25,214 nt of DNA from an uncultured Candidatus Saccharibacteria bacterium (GCA_964534385.1 CAZHOA010000001.1:1-25214); one strand, 5' to 3'. Counted from the first letter of the stretch, positions 7,843 through 15,924 are shown. Translations and numbers: made by a program. Notes: a model not told the origin generated them from the sequence alone.

Positions 7843-9105
7843 ATGCCTATTGTTGATATCTCAAGTATTCTTGGCTTACTTCTTGGTATGATCAGCTCGT
7901 TTAGTTGGATATTATATATCCTTGTTTTTGTGTTGCTTTTTCTGCTTACAGTCGATGCTTTGTTATTTTATCAGCAATTGAAATACAAATCAGCCATTCA
8001 ATGGTCGCTACTTGAGATCAATATTCCTCGACAGATTATGAAGGGCCCCAAGGCAATGGAACAGTTTTTTAATGCACTCTACAGCTTGCGCAATGCACCG
8101 GGCAATCTCCGCGAGACATATTACGAGGGCCAGGTCACCAAACCATTCAGTCTCGAAGTTGCCGCTATGAATGGCAAGACCGTGTTTTATTTGCGCGTAC
8201 CGACTAATCTCAAGATCGCTGTCGAAGCTATTCTGTACGGGCAATATCCCGATATAGAAATCTATGAGGGATTGGATTATGTCGATCGATTGCCTTCGAC
8301 ATTCAGCGAACTGGAATCAATCGGCTATGACCTATTTGGCATTGAACTATCACTAGGAAAGGAAGATCCGTTTCCGATCAAGAACTACGAATTATTCGAA
8401 ACAAAAGAAGGCGATGAGCGATTGATAGATCCTATGGCGACACTCCTGGAAGTATTTGGCAAACTCCAACCCGAAGAGTCTCTATGGCTGCAGATTATCG
8501 TCAAACCGGCCAGTGATGACTGGAAGAAACGTGGTCAGGAGATCCTCAAGGAGATCAGAATGAAGAGTCAACAAGCTGCGGTTCCCGGCCAAGCTGCCAT
8601 GAATTTGCGCACACCTGGTGAAGATTTGAGATTAAAGCTGATCGAGAAAAAACTATCACAGCCGGGTTTCGATACTATGATTCGCTATGTTTATCTGGCG
8701 CCGAAGGCTATGTTTAATAATGCGATCCCAAATAGCGCTGTGTATGCCTATTTCAATCAATTTGTTTCTGAATTGAACGGCTTTAAAAAGAACAGTAGTA
8801 CTGCCACGCGCGTTTCGCCGTGGACATTTCCCTACACAGTTCAGATGGCACAACGGCTCCAGGAACGCAAACAGGCATTTCTTGCTGTCTATCGCAATCG
8901 CGAACACAAAGAAGATACCTGGATCGGCAAAAAACTTAAAAGCAGCTTCTGGTATTCACATCATGCCGGACAGAAAAGCTCTATTTTTAGCAGTGATGAG
9001 CTGGCTACGTTTTATCATATGCCGACCGATGTTGTTCTCACGGCACCGGTCATGCAACGCATCGAAAGCAAACACGTCTCGCCGCCGGCTAATTTACCAA
9101 GTTAG
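7843..9105 (+). CDS. CPR-type membrane-anchored protein usually associated with VirD4/VirB4-like ATPases (DUF8128-like)
   Basis: N-terminal TM helix, then LLEI.IPR...K.PKAMEQFF..L, FSLE.......FY..VP, YPD.EI..., W.QII..P motifs (family recalled, not searched). Confidence 0.55.
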   Translation: MPIVDISSILGLLLGMISSFSWILYILVFVLLFLLTVDALLFYQQLKYKSAIQWSLLEINIPRQIMKGPKAMEQFFNALYSLRNAPGNLRETYYEGQVTKPFSLEVAAMNGKTVFYLRVPTNLKIAVEAILYGQYPDIEIYEGLDYVDRLPSTFSELESIGYDLFGIELSLGKEDPFPIKNYELFETKEGDERLIDPMATLLEVFGKLQPEESLWLQIIVKPASDDWKKRGQEILKEIRMKSQQAAVPGQAAMNLRTPGEDLRLKLIEKKLSQPGFDTMIRYVYLAPKAMFNNAIPNSAVYAYFNQFVSELNGFKKNSSTATRVSPWTFPYTVQMAQRLQERKQAFLAVYRNREHKEDTWIGKKLKSSFWYSHHAGQKSSIFSSDELATFYHMPTDVVLTAPVMQRIESKHVSPPANLPS

Positions 9106-9106
9106 G

Positions 9107-9135
9107 TTGACAAATATCTAGATATTTTGTAGTAT
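9107..9135 (+). promoter_or_regulatory. Sigma70 promoter TTGACA-N17-TAGTAT with a 16-bp perfect palindrome (9112-9127) in the spacer
   Basis: aaatatctagatattt is self-complementary and fills the spacer. Confidence 0.7.
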
Positions 9136-9154
9136 CGCATTATCGTATTTTAAA

Positions 9155-9508
9155 ATGGAGGCGGAGATAGGAATGTCTATAATGTGGATCGTATTAGGTC
9201 GTGATCCGACCGAAAGCAAAGCTATAATGATCATCAATGGGATCAGTGGCGAGCATCAGGAACTAACCAAATCCAAAGCCATAGAGGATGTGCTGTTCAA
9301 TTTGCAGGATGACCAGGATTTTACTGGCTGGCTTTTGACTGCGTTACCTTTTACGGAAGAGGACCAGACTGATATGGAATTGATTACGGAAATGGATCAA
9401 TGTCTGCAGGAACTCAATGTTCCGTTAGAGGATAGACCTGAAGTAATTAAAATATTAGCCCAAGCTCTCAAAGACGCATTTGAGCTTGAAGAAAAACACG
9501 GCAACTGA
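9155..9508 (+). CDS. Hypothetical small acidic protein (start possibly 9173)
   Basis: 117-aa ORF with its own promoter, GGAG SD before ATG 9173 and a downstream hairpin; 26 D/E versus 8 K/R. Confidence 0.6.
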   Translation: MEAEIGMSIMWIVLGRDPTESKAIMIINGISGEHQELTKSKAIEDVLFNLQDDQDFTGWLLTALPFTEEDQTDMELITEMDQCLQELNVPLEDRPEVIKILAQALKDAFELEEKHGN

Positions 9509-9533
9509 ACCGCACATATCCGCGGTTTTTATT
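9508..9533 (+). terminator. Short terminator-like hairpin
   Basis: aaccgc-acatatcc-gcggtt followed by tttattt. Confidence 0.5.
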
Positions 9534-9574
9534 TGGGCGAGTATCTAAGGAGCGCTACTGTTATTGCATCTGCA

Positions 9575-11416
9575 TTAGCGCTCTCGACGATCGATATCAT
9601 CATCGTCATCTTTTGGACGTGTTGGTTCGTTAATGACGTTCTTTAGCATCTGACGCAAGGAGTCGGTGTCGACTTTGGCTTGCGGCTTGTTTTGAGATGG
9701 CTGAGAAGATCGTTTGAATGGTTGTGGCTCGCGTTGTGCAAGAGAATGTAACGACATTGGCTGTGATGGCCTGGGCCTGTCATTTTCTGGTCGCGCATTG
9801 TCTGCTCTAGGAGGCATGGGCATGGTCTGTCGTTGAGGAGTATCCACTGGACGCCGAGGTGGTGCCGGCGGTAATGGTCGTGCAGGTCGATCAGATTGTG
9901 AACGCTCACCGTCGCGATTGTCACGCTCACGATACGGCCGAGTATCCTGATAATCCTGATCTGGATAGGGGGCTCGAGCGGGACGATTAGTGTAACTGCC
10001 TTGGCTCGACGTTGGTCGTCGTGGACGATCTGACGGGTAATCTCGGGATTCGCGTTGAGGTTTTCTGAAATCATCCTGCGGACTACCTCCTGGGGTACTA
10101 CTAGCGAACATACCACTCCATTCGGCAATTTCCTGTTCGACTTGGGCGCGTGGTTTGGCGAACTGTTGTCGTGAATTTTCGATCACTTGAGCTTTGGTAA
10201 CCGGAGAATCGTCTGTGTGTATCGGTGCCAAGGTACCGGCTGAAAAAGGACGGGACGACAGGCCATCGATCATCAGCTTGAGATAGATAGAGCGATTGGG
10301 CAAATTAACCAAATCTTCCATGACCAGATCCGGCGCATATTGTTTTTCGAGAAATTCTGCATCCGGTGCGCCGACGCGAAACGTAATCATAGTACCGACG
10401 TTGCCAAAGATGGCATCGCGTACCTTGGTGCTCGTATCGGTCACTAGTTGACCAATAAATTGATGAGAGATTACCAAACCGAGACGATATTTGCGGGCCT
10501 CCGACAGAACCGACGCGAATGAATCGGTGGCAAAATTCTGGAATTCGTCGACAAAAAGCAGGAAAGGTTTGCGGTCGGCAATGTTGGCAATCTTAACGCG
10601 CTCCATAGCGGTCAACTGGATCTTGGTAATGAGCATGGCGCCGATCAAGGCGGAGTTGTCTTCGCCGATGCGGCCCTTCGATACGTTAGCCAGAAGAATC
10701 TTGCTTTCATTCATCACGCGCTCAATATCCAGAGTGCTCTTCGGCTGTCCGACAATATTGCGAATCAAATGTGTCGACAAAAATTGACCGACTTTGTTTT
10801 GAATCGGCGCGATGGCCTCGGTGCGGAATTTATCCTGGTACTGTTCATATTCGGTAACCCAGTAGGCTTTGACGACCGGGTCCTGAATATTATCGACGAT
10901 CTCGCGGCGAAATTGTTTATCCACCAATAATCGAGGAATACCAAGTAATGTCATATTCGGTGTGTCCAACAAAGCCAAGACAGCATTACTTAAAATATAT
11001 TCCATTCTCGATGACCAGACATTGGCCCAGATTTTGGTAAAGATAGCCATGAGGCCGGACGATACGAGATGCTTGTACTCGGTACTCTTGACTTCGAGCA
11101 CATTAAAACCAACCGGATATTCGGTATCGGCGGGATTGAAATAGATGACGTCTTTTTGGCGTTCAGGCGGAATGTGTTCTAATAGATCTTCGACGAATTC
11201 GCCGTGCGGATCAACGAGCGCCAAACCGCGCCCGGCTCGAATGTCCTGGATAGCCAGGTTCTTGAGTAGAGTCGATTTACCGGTACCTGTCTGGCCGATC
11301 ACGTACATGTGTTGGAAGCGGTCTTCGTTGTCGCTCCGAATGCCGAAAACCTGTTCTTTGCCGCGAAAATTAGTCTTGCCAAAATAGACAATAGAATTAT
11401 CTTTTGGGACATCCAT
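9575..11416 (-). CDS. VirB4/VirD4/TraD-HerA-like P-loop ATPase (type IV secretory conjugative DNA-transfer family) with a long low-complexity C-terminal tail
   Basis: HMYVIGQTGTGKST (Walker A), LVDPHGE, LFVDEFQNF (Walker B), SEARKYRLGL..SHQ, IFGNVGT...FRVG..DAE. Confidence 0.85.
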   Translation of the reverse strand: MDVPKDNSIVYFGKTNFRGKEQVFGIRSDNEDRFQHMYVIGQTGTGKSTLLKNLAIQDIRAGRGLALVDPHGEFVEDLLEHIPPERQKDVIYFNPADTEYPVGFNVLEVKSTEYKHLVSSGLMAIFTKIWANVWSSRMEYILSNAVLALLDTPNMTLLGIPRLLVDKQFRREIVDNIQDPVVKAYWVTEYEQYQDKFRTEAIAPIQNKVGQFLSTHLIRNIVGQPKSTLDIERVMNESKILLANVSKGRIGEDNSALIGAMLITKIQLTAMERVKIANIADRKPFLLFVDEFQNFATDSFASVLSEARKYRLGLVISHQFIGQLVTDTSTKVRDAIFGNVGTMITFRVGAPDAEFLEKQYAPDLVMEDLVNLPNRSIYLKLMIDGLSSRPFSAGTLAPIHTDDSPVTKAQVIENSRQQFAKPRAQVEQEIAEWSGMFASSTPGGSPQDDFRKPQRESRDYPSDRPRRPTSSQGSYTNRPARAPYPDQDYQDTRPYRERDNRDGERSQSDRPARPLPPAPPRRPVDTPQRQTMPMPPRADNARPENDRPRPSQPMSLHSLAQREPQPFKRSSQPSQNKPQAKVDTDSLRQMLKNVINEPTRPKDDDDDIDRRER

Positions 11417-11548
11417 GACGGTATTATACCATATATATCCAAAAAGAAACCACCTCAGGGTCCCGCTGAACTGGGGCCTTTAAATTTTGACTAATTTTAA
11501 TATTTATGTTTAAATTAAGGGCAGTATTATTTGAAGGAGGGATTGATA

Positions 11549-12016
11549 ATGCAATTCACAAAAACGATATCTCCGCAAGGACTTTCCGTGTGGCACAATG
11601 AAGATCATACAGTAGAAGTGATTTTTATGTTTGAGGACGGATTTATGGTACAGATCGTAGACAAGATAACAGGAATTCCAGTCACCGGTTTATTGTTCAA
11701 ATCGAAGTCCGATCCGTATCTTAGATTTTTGAAAGATGTACATAAGAAAGCCCGAGAATATTTTCAAGACGATATCCATCGAGTTCGTGGCGAACGTCTT
11801 GTTATCCAAGCATCGTATCTTGTGATCGCAACCTGGGATAGTGGCGTTCACCTTTACCTGTATGATCCGTTGTTTAACATGTTGCCCACGATAGCCTTTG
11901 GTGTTGAACCTCAGCCAATAGACTATTCATATCTGCATGGCGATCAGCTCTTGGATATTATTGAGGCCGTCGAGCTCGTATATAGCGAGGAGGCTGTAAC
12001 TCAGTCTGCAACGTAA
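11549..12016 (+). CDS. Hypothetical protein
   Basis: AAGGAGG SD before ATG 11549, TTGACT promoter-like box upstream, terminator downstream; no family recognised. Confidence 0.6.
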   Translation: MQFTKTISPQGLSVWHNEDHTVEVIFMFEDGFMVQIVDKITGIPVTGLLFKSKSDPYLRFLKDVHKKAREYFQDDIHRVRGERLVIQASYLVIATWDSGVHLYLYDPLFNMLPTIAFGVEPQPIDYSYLHGDQLLDIIEAVELVYSEEAVTQSAT

Positions 12017-12044
12017 ACCAGTATCAAATTATGACTGGTTTTTT
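12015..12044 (+). terminator. Intrinsic terminator
   Basis: aaaccagt-atcaaattatg-actggttt plus T-run. Confidence 0.7.
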
Positions 12045-12082
12045 ATTGTACGGACAGTTTCACCAGGCTCGACTTTTTCTCA

Positions 12083-12110
12083 TTGAACTTTTGCCTATAT
12101 GTGGTAGTAT
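12083..12110 (+). promoter_or_regulatory. Putative tRNA promoter TTGAAC-N16-TAGTAT
   Basis: The boxes lie 13 nt upstream of the tRNA 5' end. Confidence 0.5.
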
Positions 12111-12123
12111 AACGATGAGAATA

Positions 12124-12196
12124 CCGCCCTTAGCTCAGTTGGTAGAGCAGCTCCCTTTTAAGGAGATGGTCGTAGGTTCGAATCCTACAGGGCGGA
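12124..12196 (+). tRNA. tRNA-Lys (anticodon TTT), CCA not encoded
   Basis: Acceptor stem CCGCCCT/AGGGCGG, D arm GCTC-AGTTGGTA-GAGC, anticodon loop CT-TTT-AA, T arm GTAGG-TTCGAAT-CCTAC. Confidence 0.95.
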
Positions 12197-12520
12197 CAGC
12201 GAAGCTGTACGACCTGAGTAAGCCAATTTTTTGGCTTACGTTAGGATTCGAAGGGCGGAACGATGATATGATCACCAGATCATATCCGTGAGCCCGGTCT
12301 GAACCCAGCGTGAGCGACGGCGAACGCTGAGGTGAAGAAGAATCCTACAGGGCGGACAGCGAAGCTGTACGACCTGAGTAAGCCAATTTTTTGGCTTACG
12401 TTAGGATTCGAAGGGCGGAACGATGATATGATCACCAGATCATATCCGTGAGCCCGGTCTGAACCCAGCGTGAGCGACGGCGAACGCTGAGGTGAAGAAG
12501 AATCCTACAGGGCGGACAGC
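12181..12520 (+). repeat. Two identical 160-bp tandem units plus a third 20-bp tRNA 3' fragment
   Basis: 12181-12340 equals 12341-12500 base for base; aatcctacagggcggacagc occurs at 12181, 12341 and 12501. Confidence 0.95.
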
Positions 12521-12680
12521 TAGATAATACACAACAGAACTGGAAGCTCCTTCAAGATAAAGAAGCGGCTTTGCTGGGTCTAACATAAGTTTTTGATTGA
12601 ATAGCGTGGGGTTCGAACCCAATATCCATAGCCTTGCATTTATACTTCGAAGTATGCTATATTTACCCTGTGCTTGTGGG
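12521..12680 (-). pseudogene. Probable C-terminal remnant of a large serine recombinase reading into the tRNA att site
   Basis: Minus-strand frame ...LWILGSNPTLFNQKLMLDPAKPLL...AVRPVGF. It resembles the C-terminus of CPR recombinases (recalled) and runs into the complement of the tRNA 3' end. No catalytic domain is present. Confidence 0.4.
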
Positions 12681-12722
12681 GCGTCAGCCCTATTCGGCTC
12701 ATACTTAAGCCGAAGGCAGGCA

Positions 12723-12757
12723 TAACAAAAAATCCGCATTTGGCGGATTTTTTGTTA
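12723..12757. terminator. Bidirectional intrinsic terminator
   Basis: taacaaaaaatccgc-atttg-gcggattttttgtta, 15-bp perfect stem overlapping the stop of 12755-13234. Confidence 0.85.
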
Positions 12758-13234
12758 GTCTTCGTCTGGGTTGCCTTTCATTCTTGAAAGTAACTTTATA
12801 TCCCTATATTGGTTAGTGGTCCAATTTGGTATCACACTCCAGAAATGTTTTATTCCATTATCTCCAACTTGTCTGACAATAACCTTGATTTTAAAACCAT
12901 CCATTATAGCTATTAAGCCCCAATATTTTACGACTTTGGACTCCCGGACCTTTTTCTTGAATTTCTTTACAGTAAATTCTTTTACACTTTCTTCATACTC
13001 TTGAAAGGTTGTTGTTCTAATAACCAAATCCTTTGCCTTCGGTAGAAGTTTCAACTTGGTAATCTGCCTTTCCCTGTCACGCTCGGTGCGGTCAGATTTG
13101 TAAATCAAATGATTAAATCCATCAGCACTGAAAAATACAAAATCGTTAAAGGCGGGGCATAAAACCTTGCCTATCTTTTTATAAAAGTTTTCTGAATCTT
13201 GTCTAATTTTTTCGTAATTCGATGTATCTTGCAT
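12755..13234 (-). CDS. Basic protein with probable PBECR/RelE-like (barnase-EndoU-colicin-RelE) nuclease fold
   Basis: Pattern Y.KIG.V.CPA....V.F...GFNHL..K...R....Q..KL.LL..A..., V.VIV..VG......FWSVIP; family recalled from CPR genomes. Confidence 0.45.
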   Translation of the reverse strand: MQDTSNYEKIRQDSENFYKKIGKVLCPAFNDFVFFSADGFNHLIYKSDRTERDRERQITKLKLLPKAKDLVIRTTTFQEYEESVKEFTVKKFKKKVRESKVVKYWGLIAIMDGFKIKVIVRQVGDNGIKHFWSVIPNWTTNQYRDIKLLSRMKGNPDED

Positions 13235-13416
13235 GTTCGATTATCTTAGTAGTTTTAGTTTTTATATGCAACTTAAATTCACTCTGCCGAAACGGAAACA
13301 TTGATTGAGCAGCTTATAAAAGATAAAATAAACCCATAATTATTCTGTTATATGTAACGTTTTTATTTCTGTAGTATCCGAATAAAAACACCGATCGAGG
13401 TCGGTGTTGGATAGGA

Positions 13417-13767
13417 TTAGGAGCCTGCCAATGCTCTTTTAATATCTTGCAGGATAATATTAATTTCACTATCATCACACGTTAATTCTCTGAAATCGGG
13501 CGTATCGCCATATCTCTTGATGGCAGCCATAATCGTTCCATCGTTAAGACATTCTATATCGGCACATCCATGCTCTGATTGAAAAACAAGCCCTACGCCG
13601 CCTTCAACTGAAGCGATGATGCGCTGGGGTTGGATGATTGATAACGATTTTTCCAGGATATAACGCGCATGAGTTATAGCTTTTTCATGTGGCGGCTCTG
13701 CACCATAGCTATCCCAATCTGGCTTGAGATTTTCTATTTTCTTAATTTGCATCTCAAAATCAGACAT
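13417..13767 (-). CDS. Hypothetical protein of the 'WDSYGA' type
   Basis: LKPDWDSYGAEPP...AI..A..., I.ASVEGGVGLVF, DIECLNDG. Similar motifs occur in accessory/toxin-neighbourhood proteins (recalled). Confidence 0.55.
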   Translation of the reverse strand: MSDFEMQIKKIENLKPDWDSYGAEPPHEKAITHARYILEKSLSIIQPQRIIASVEGGVGLVFQSEHGCADIECLNDGTIMAAIKRYGDTPDFRELTCDDSEINIILQDIKRALAGS

Positions 13768-13945
13768 GAATCTACCATCCTTTGTATTGAATTTTTGAAA
13801 ACAGTTCGACTGCTTACATTAAACACCATTTTTTTTATAGTCAAATCTGGCGATTTCGTATCGAATTACGTCGGGGCGGACATCTAGATACTGCAAAGTT
13901 TTGATTGAAGAGACGTAGCAGCGCTCGATATGATATACTACTGCT

Positions 13946-14518
13946 ATGGAAAAGGGGGAAATACTAAAACAACAAGTAGCAAATGAGTCTACTCCTTCCG
14001 ACTCTCAAATGCCTAATCATCACATTGAGATGTTAGATAAATCAGACGAAAACACGTTTCAGCAAATATATGAGATCGAGAAGGAGGTGTCTACGGGAAA
14101 TATGCTACTTAGTGAAGCTGATTTACGATCTGTGATGGAAAAGGCAGATACGATCACAATTGTCATACGAGATGAGGGAAATAGAGTATTAGGTTTCGTA
14201 GTTGGTTTACCAAATAGCGAAGTCTATGAAGAGCTACAAAGCGATGACCCAGATTTTAAATCAGATCCCAGATATCTTTATATTTACGATTTGGCTATTG
14301 GTCGTCAGAAGAGAAGTCTAGCGAATTTTCTTAACCTCATTAGAAAATTGATGCAAACAGCATCATCCAAAAATTTTAGTGGTCTCTCAATGCATACTAG
14401 GGTCAGCGAAGGATTAAGTGAAATTCTTCAAAAAAGATACGGTGCTAAAAAGGTCAGAACTATAGATAATTGGCAAAGTTACGGGGAGCCCTTCGATTAT
14501 CTAGAGTTTCATTTTTGA
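13946..14518 (+). CDS. GNAT-fold acetyltransferase-like protein
   Basis: TIVIRDEGNRVLGFVVG, YLYIYDLAI, L..LMQTA...NFSGLSMH..., L...YG pattern typical of the GNAT beta4/alpha3/beta5 elements. Confidence 0.55.
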   Translation: MEKGEILKQQVANESTPSDSQMPNHHIEMLDKSDENTFQQIYEIEKEVSTGNMLLSEADLRSVMEKADTITIVIRDEGNRVLGFVVGLPNSEVYEELQSDDPDFKSDPRYLYIYDLAIGRQKRSLANFLNLIRKLMQTASSKNFSGLSMHTRVSEGLSEILQKRYGAKKVRTIDNWQSYGEPFDYLEFHF

Positions 14519-14538
14519 AAGTCATAAAAATATAAACC

Positions 14539-14676
14539 ATGTTCATACCGAAAATCATATTTCGTTACGCGTATCCGTTGGATCAAGATAGGCGGATGCT
14601 ATTTAAGAATAAAAATTTGGGCGAATACCCGGAAAAGATTATCGAAGAATTTCAGAGCACAACTCGATTGCCTTGA
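14539..14676 (+). pseudogene. Short, probably truncated ORF (MFIPKIIFRYAYPLDQDRRMLFK...; 45 aa)
   Basis: Protein-like ORF whose TGA stop coincides with the TTGACA -35 box of the next gene. Confidence 0.3.
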
Positions 14677-14702
14677 CAAGAAGCTATTAAAACTGTTATA
14701 TA
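14673..14702 (+). promoter_or_regulatory. Sigma70 promoter (TTGACA...TGt-TATATA) for the HD gene
   Basis: TTGACA at 14673-14678; GGAGG SD before GTG 14740. Confidence 0.55.
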
Positions 14703-14739
14703 CGCTGAATAGCTCGTTAAAAATTATAGAGGAGGCGAT

Positions 14740-15924
14740 GTGAGATACAGAGATAATTTATATGGTGAGTGGGAACTGCCGGAATATTTGACAAAATTAG
14801 CAGCGACGCGGGAGATGGTGAGATTGCGCAATATTACCCAATCGGTCTTGCCTAATGATTTGACGCCATTTGGACCGATACCGAGTAGGTTTCACCATGG
14901 TTTGGGTGTGGCGCGATTGGCTGTCGAGGTATTAAAGAATAACCCGGAACTCTCGGATTACAATTTAATTTTGCCGATTGCTGCATTGTTGCATGATGCC
15001 GGCAATTCGCCGCTGTCGCATTTGGGCGAACACTTTCTAAAGGAGAGTACCGGCCATGATGGTGAATCATTTTTAGCCGTGATGCTCGATGGTTCCGAAA
15101 CGGAAAAAATACTAAAAGAGTATGGTATTGATGTGAGCTATATCAGCCAATTTGTCTCCGGACTGAAAAAACCGCATTCCACTGTTTTGAACGGTTCGAT
15201 GGATATTGATAATATCGACAATGTCGGACGACACAATATGGCGGCGCATCTTCATGCAGAGTCGTTTGATGCGTTACAGATTGCTTCGCATTTTAGGTAT
15301 GATCAGCGCCATGAGCTGTGGTTTCTGTGCGATCAGGATACTGTCTGGACGGAATGTCAAAAATGGCAGAACGCACGCGCGACCGTGTATCATTTTATTT
15401 ATAGCATTCCGAATCTCACAATAGCCATGATGGTTTATCGAGCGGTTGAAATTGCGTTTTGTGAAGGTGAGCTGAAAAAGGATTTTTTCTTTTTTAATGA
15501 TCATGAAGCTATTGCATATCTGCACGCAACGTGCAACAAACGCACGCAGCATCTCATAGAAAAAGTAAGGCGCTGGCAATGGTATGATGAGATTGTCTCG
15601 CTAGCCACTCAAAAGCCATCGGAAGGCTTTAAGGATTTGGCTACGCATTGGCGAGGCAGACAGTTTGTTGCTGATTCGGTGTGCGCATACTTTGGTATAG
15701 AACTTGAGAACTTGTGCGCTTACGTTGGCAGAGGAAATGACAAAAGAAATATTACAGTTCCCTTTATCGCAGAGAGCGGCGCTGTTCGATATGACACCAG
15801 TGACAGTGAACCGCTGTATCGTTTAAAAATCTGGGTAGCGCCAAATATATCAGTAGATCGACAGACGATTCAGGACTTCGTTTCAAATTTGGTGCACTAT
15901 CAGGTTGCTGAACATGCGCCATAG
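14740..15924 (+). CDS. HD-domain phosphohydrolase, dNTP triphosphohydrolase (SAMHD1/YdhJ-like) type
   Basis: RL.NITQ, SRFHHGLGV, AALLHDAGNSPLSHLGE, DIDNIDNV motifs (H...HD...D). Confidence 0.8.
   Translation: MRYRDNLYGEWELPEYLTKLAATREMVRLRNITQSVLPNDLTPFGPIPSRFHHGLGVARLAVEVLKNNPELSDYNLILPIAALLHDAGNSPLSHLGEHFLKESTGHDGESFLAVMLDGSETEKILKEYGIDVSYISQFVSGLKKPHSTVLNGSMDIDNIDNVGRHNMAAHLHAESFDALQIASHFRYDQRHELWFLCDQDTVWTECQKWQNARATVYHFIYSIPNLTIAMMVYRAVEIAFCEGELKKDFFFFNDHEAIAYLHATCNKRTQHLIEKVRRWQWYDEIVSLATQKPSEGFKDLATHWRGRQFVADSVCAYFGIELENLCAYVGRGNDKRNITVPFIAESGAVRYDTSDSEPLYRLKIWVAPNISVDRQTIQDFVSNLVHYQVAEHAP

Larger units (their letters stand above)
12510..13890. mobile_element. Small degraded genomic island at tRNA-Lys, bounded by att-like direct repeats
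   Basis: gggcggacagctagata (12510-12526) versus gggcggacatctagata (13874-13890), 16/17 identical; T-loop-like tcgaat at 13861; AT-richer interior. Confidence 0.65.

Noticed and set aside
9643-11494. Long antisense or alternative-frame ORFs over the ATPase and other core genes (e.g. 9643-10128 +)
   Set aside because: They are shadow ORFs of well-supported genes with no motifs or RBS.
12031-12291. 86-aa ORF in the ORF track
   Set aside because: It overlaps the terminator, the tRNA-Lys and the repeat unit; spurious.
12181-12520. CRISPR-like repeat-spacer pattern (20-bp repeat three times)
   Set aside because: The 'spacers' are identical and 140 bp long, the repeat is the tRNA 3' end, and there are no cas genes.
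12609-12655. Two TTCGAA-centred palindromes (gggttcgaaccc, atacttcgaagtat)
   Set aside because: They are short, lie within the putative recombinase remnant, and no tRNA cloverleaf or spacing pattern supports a function.
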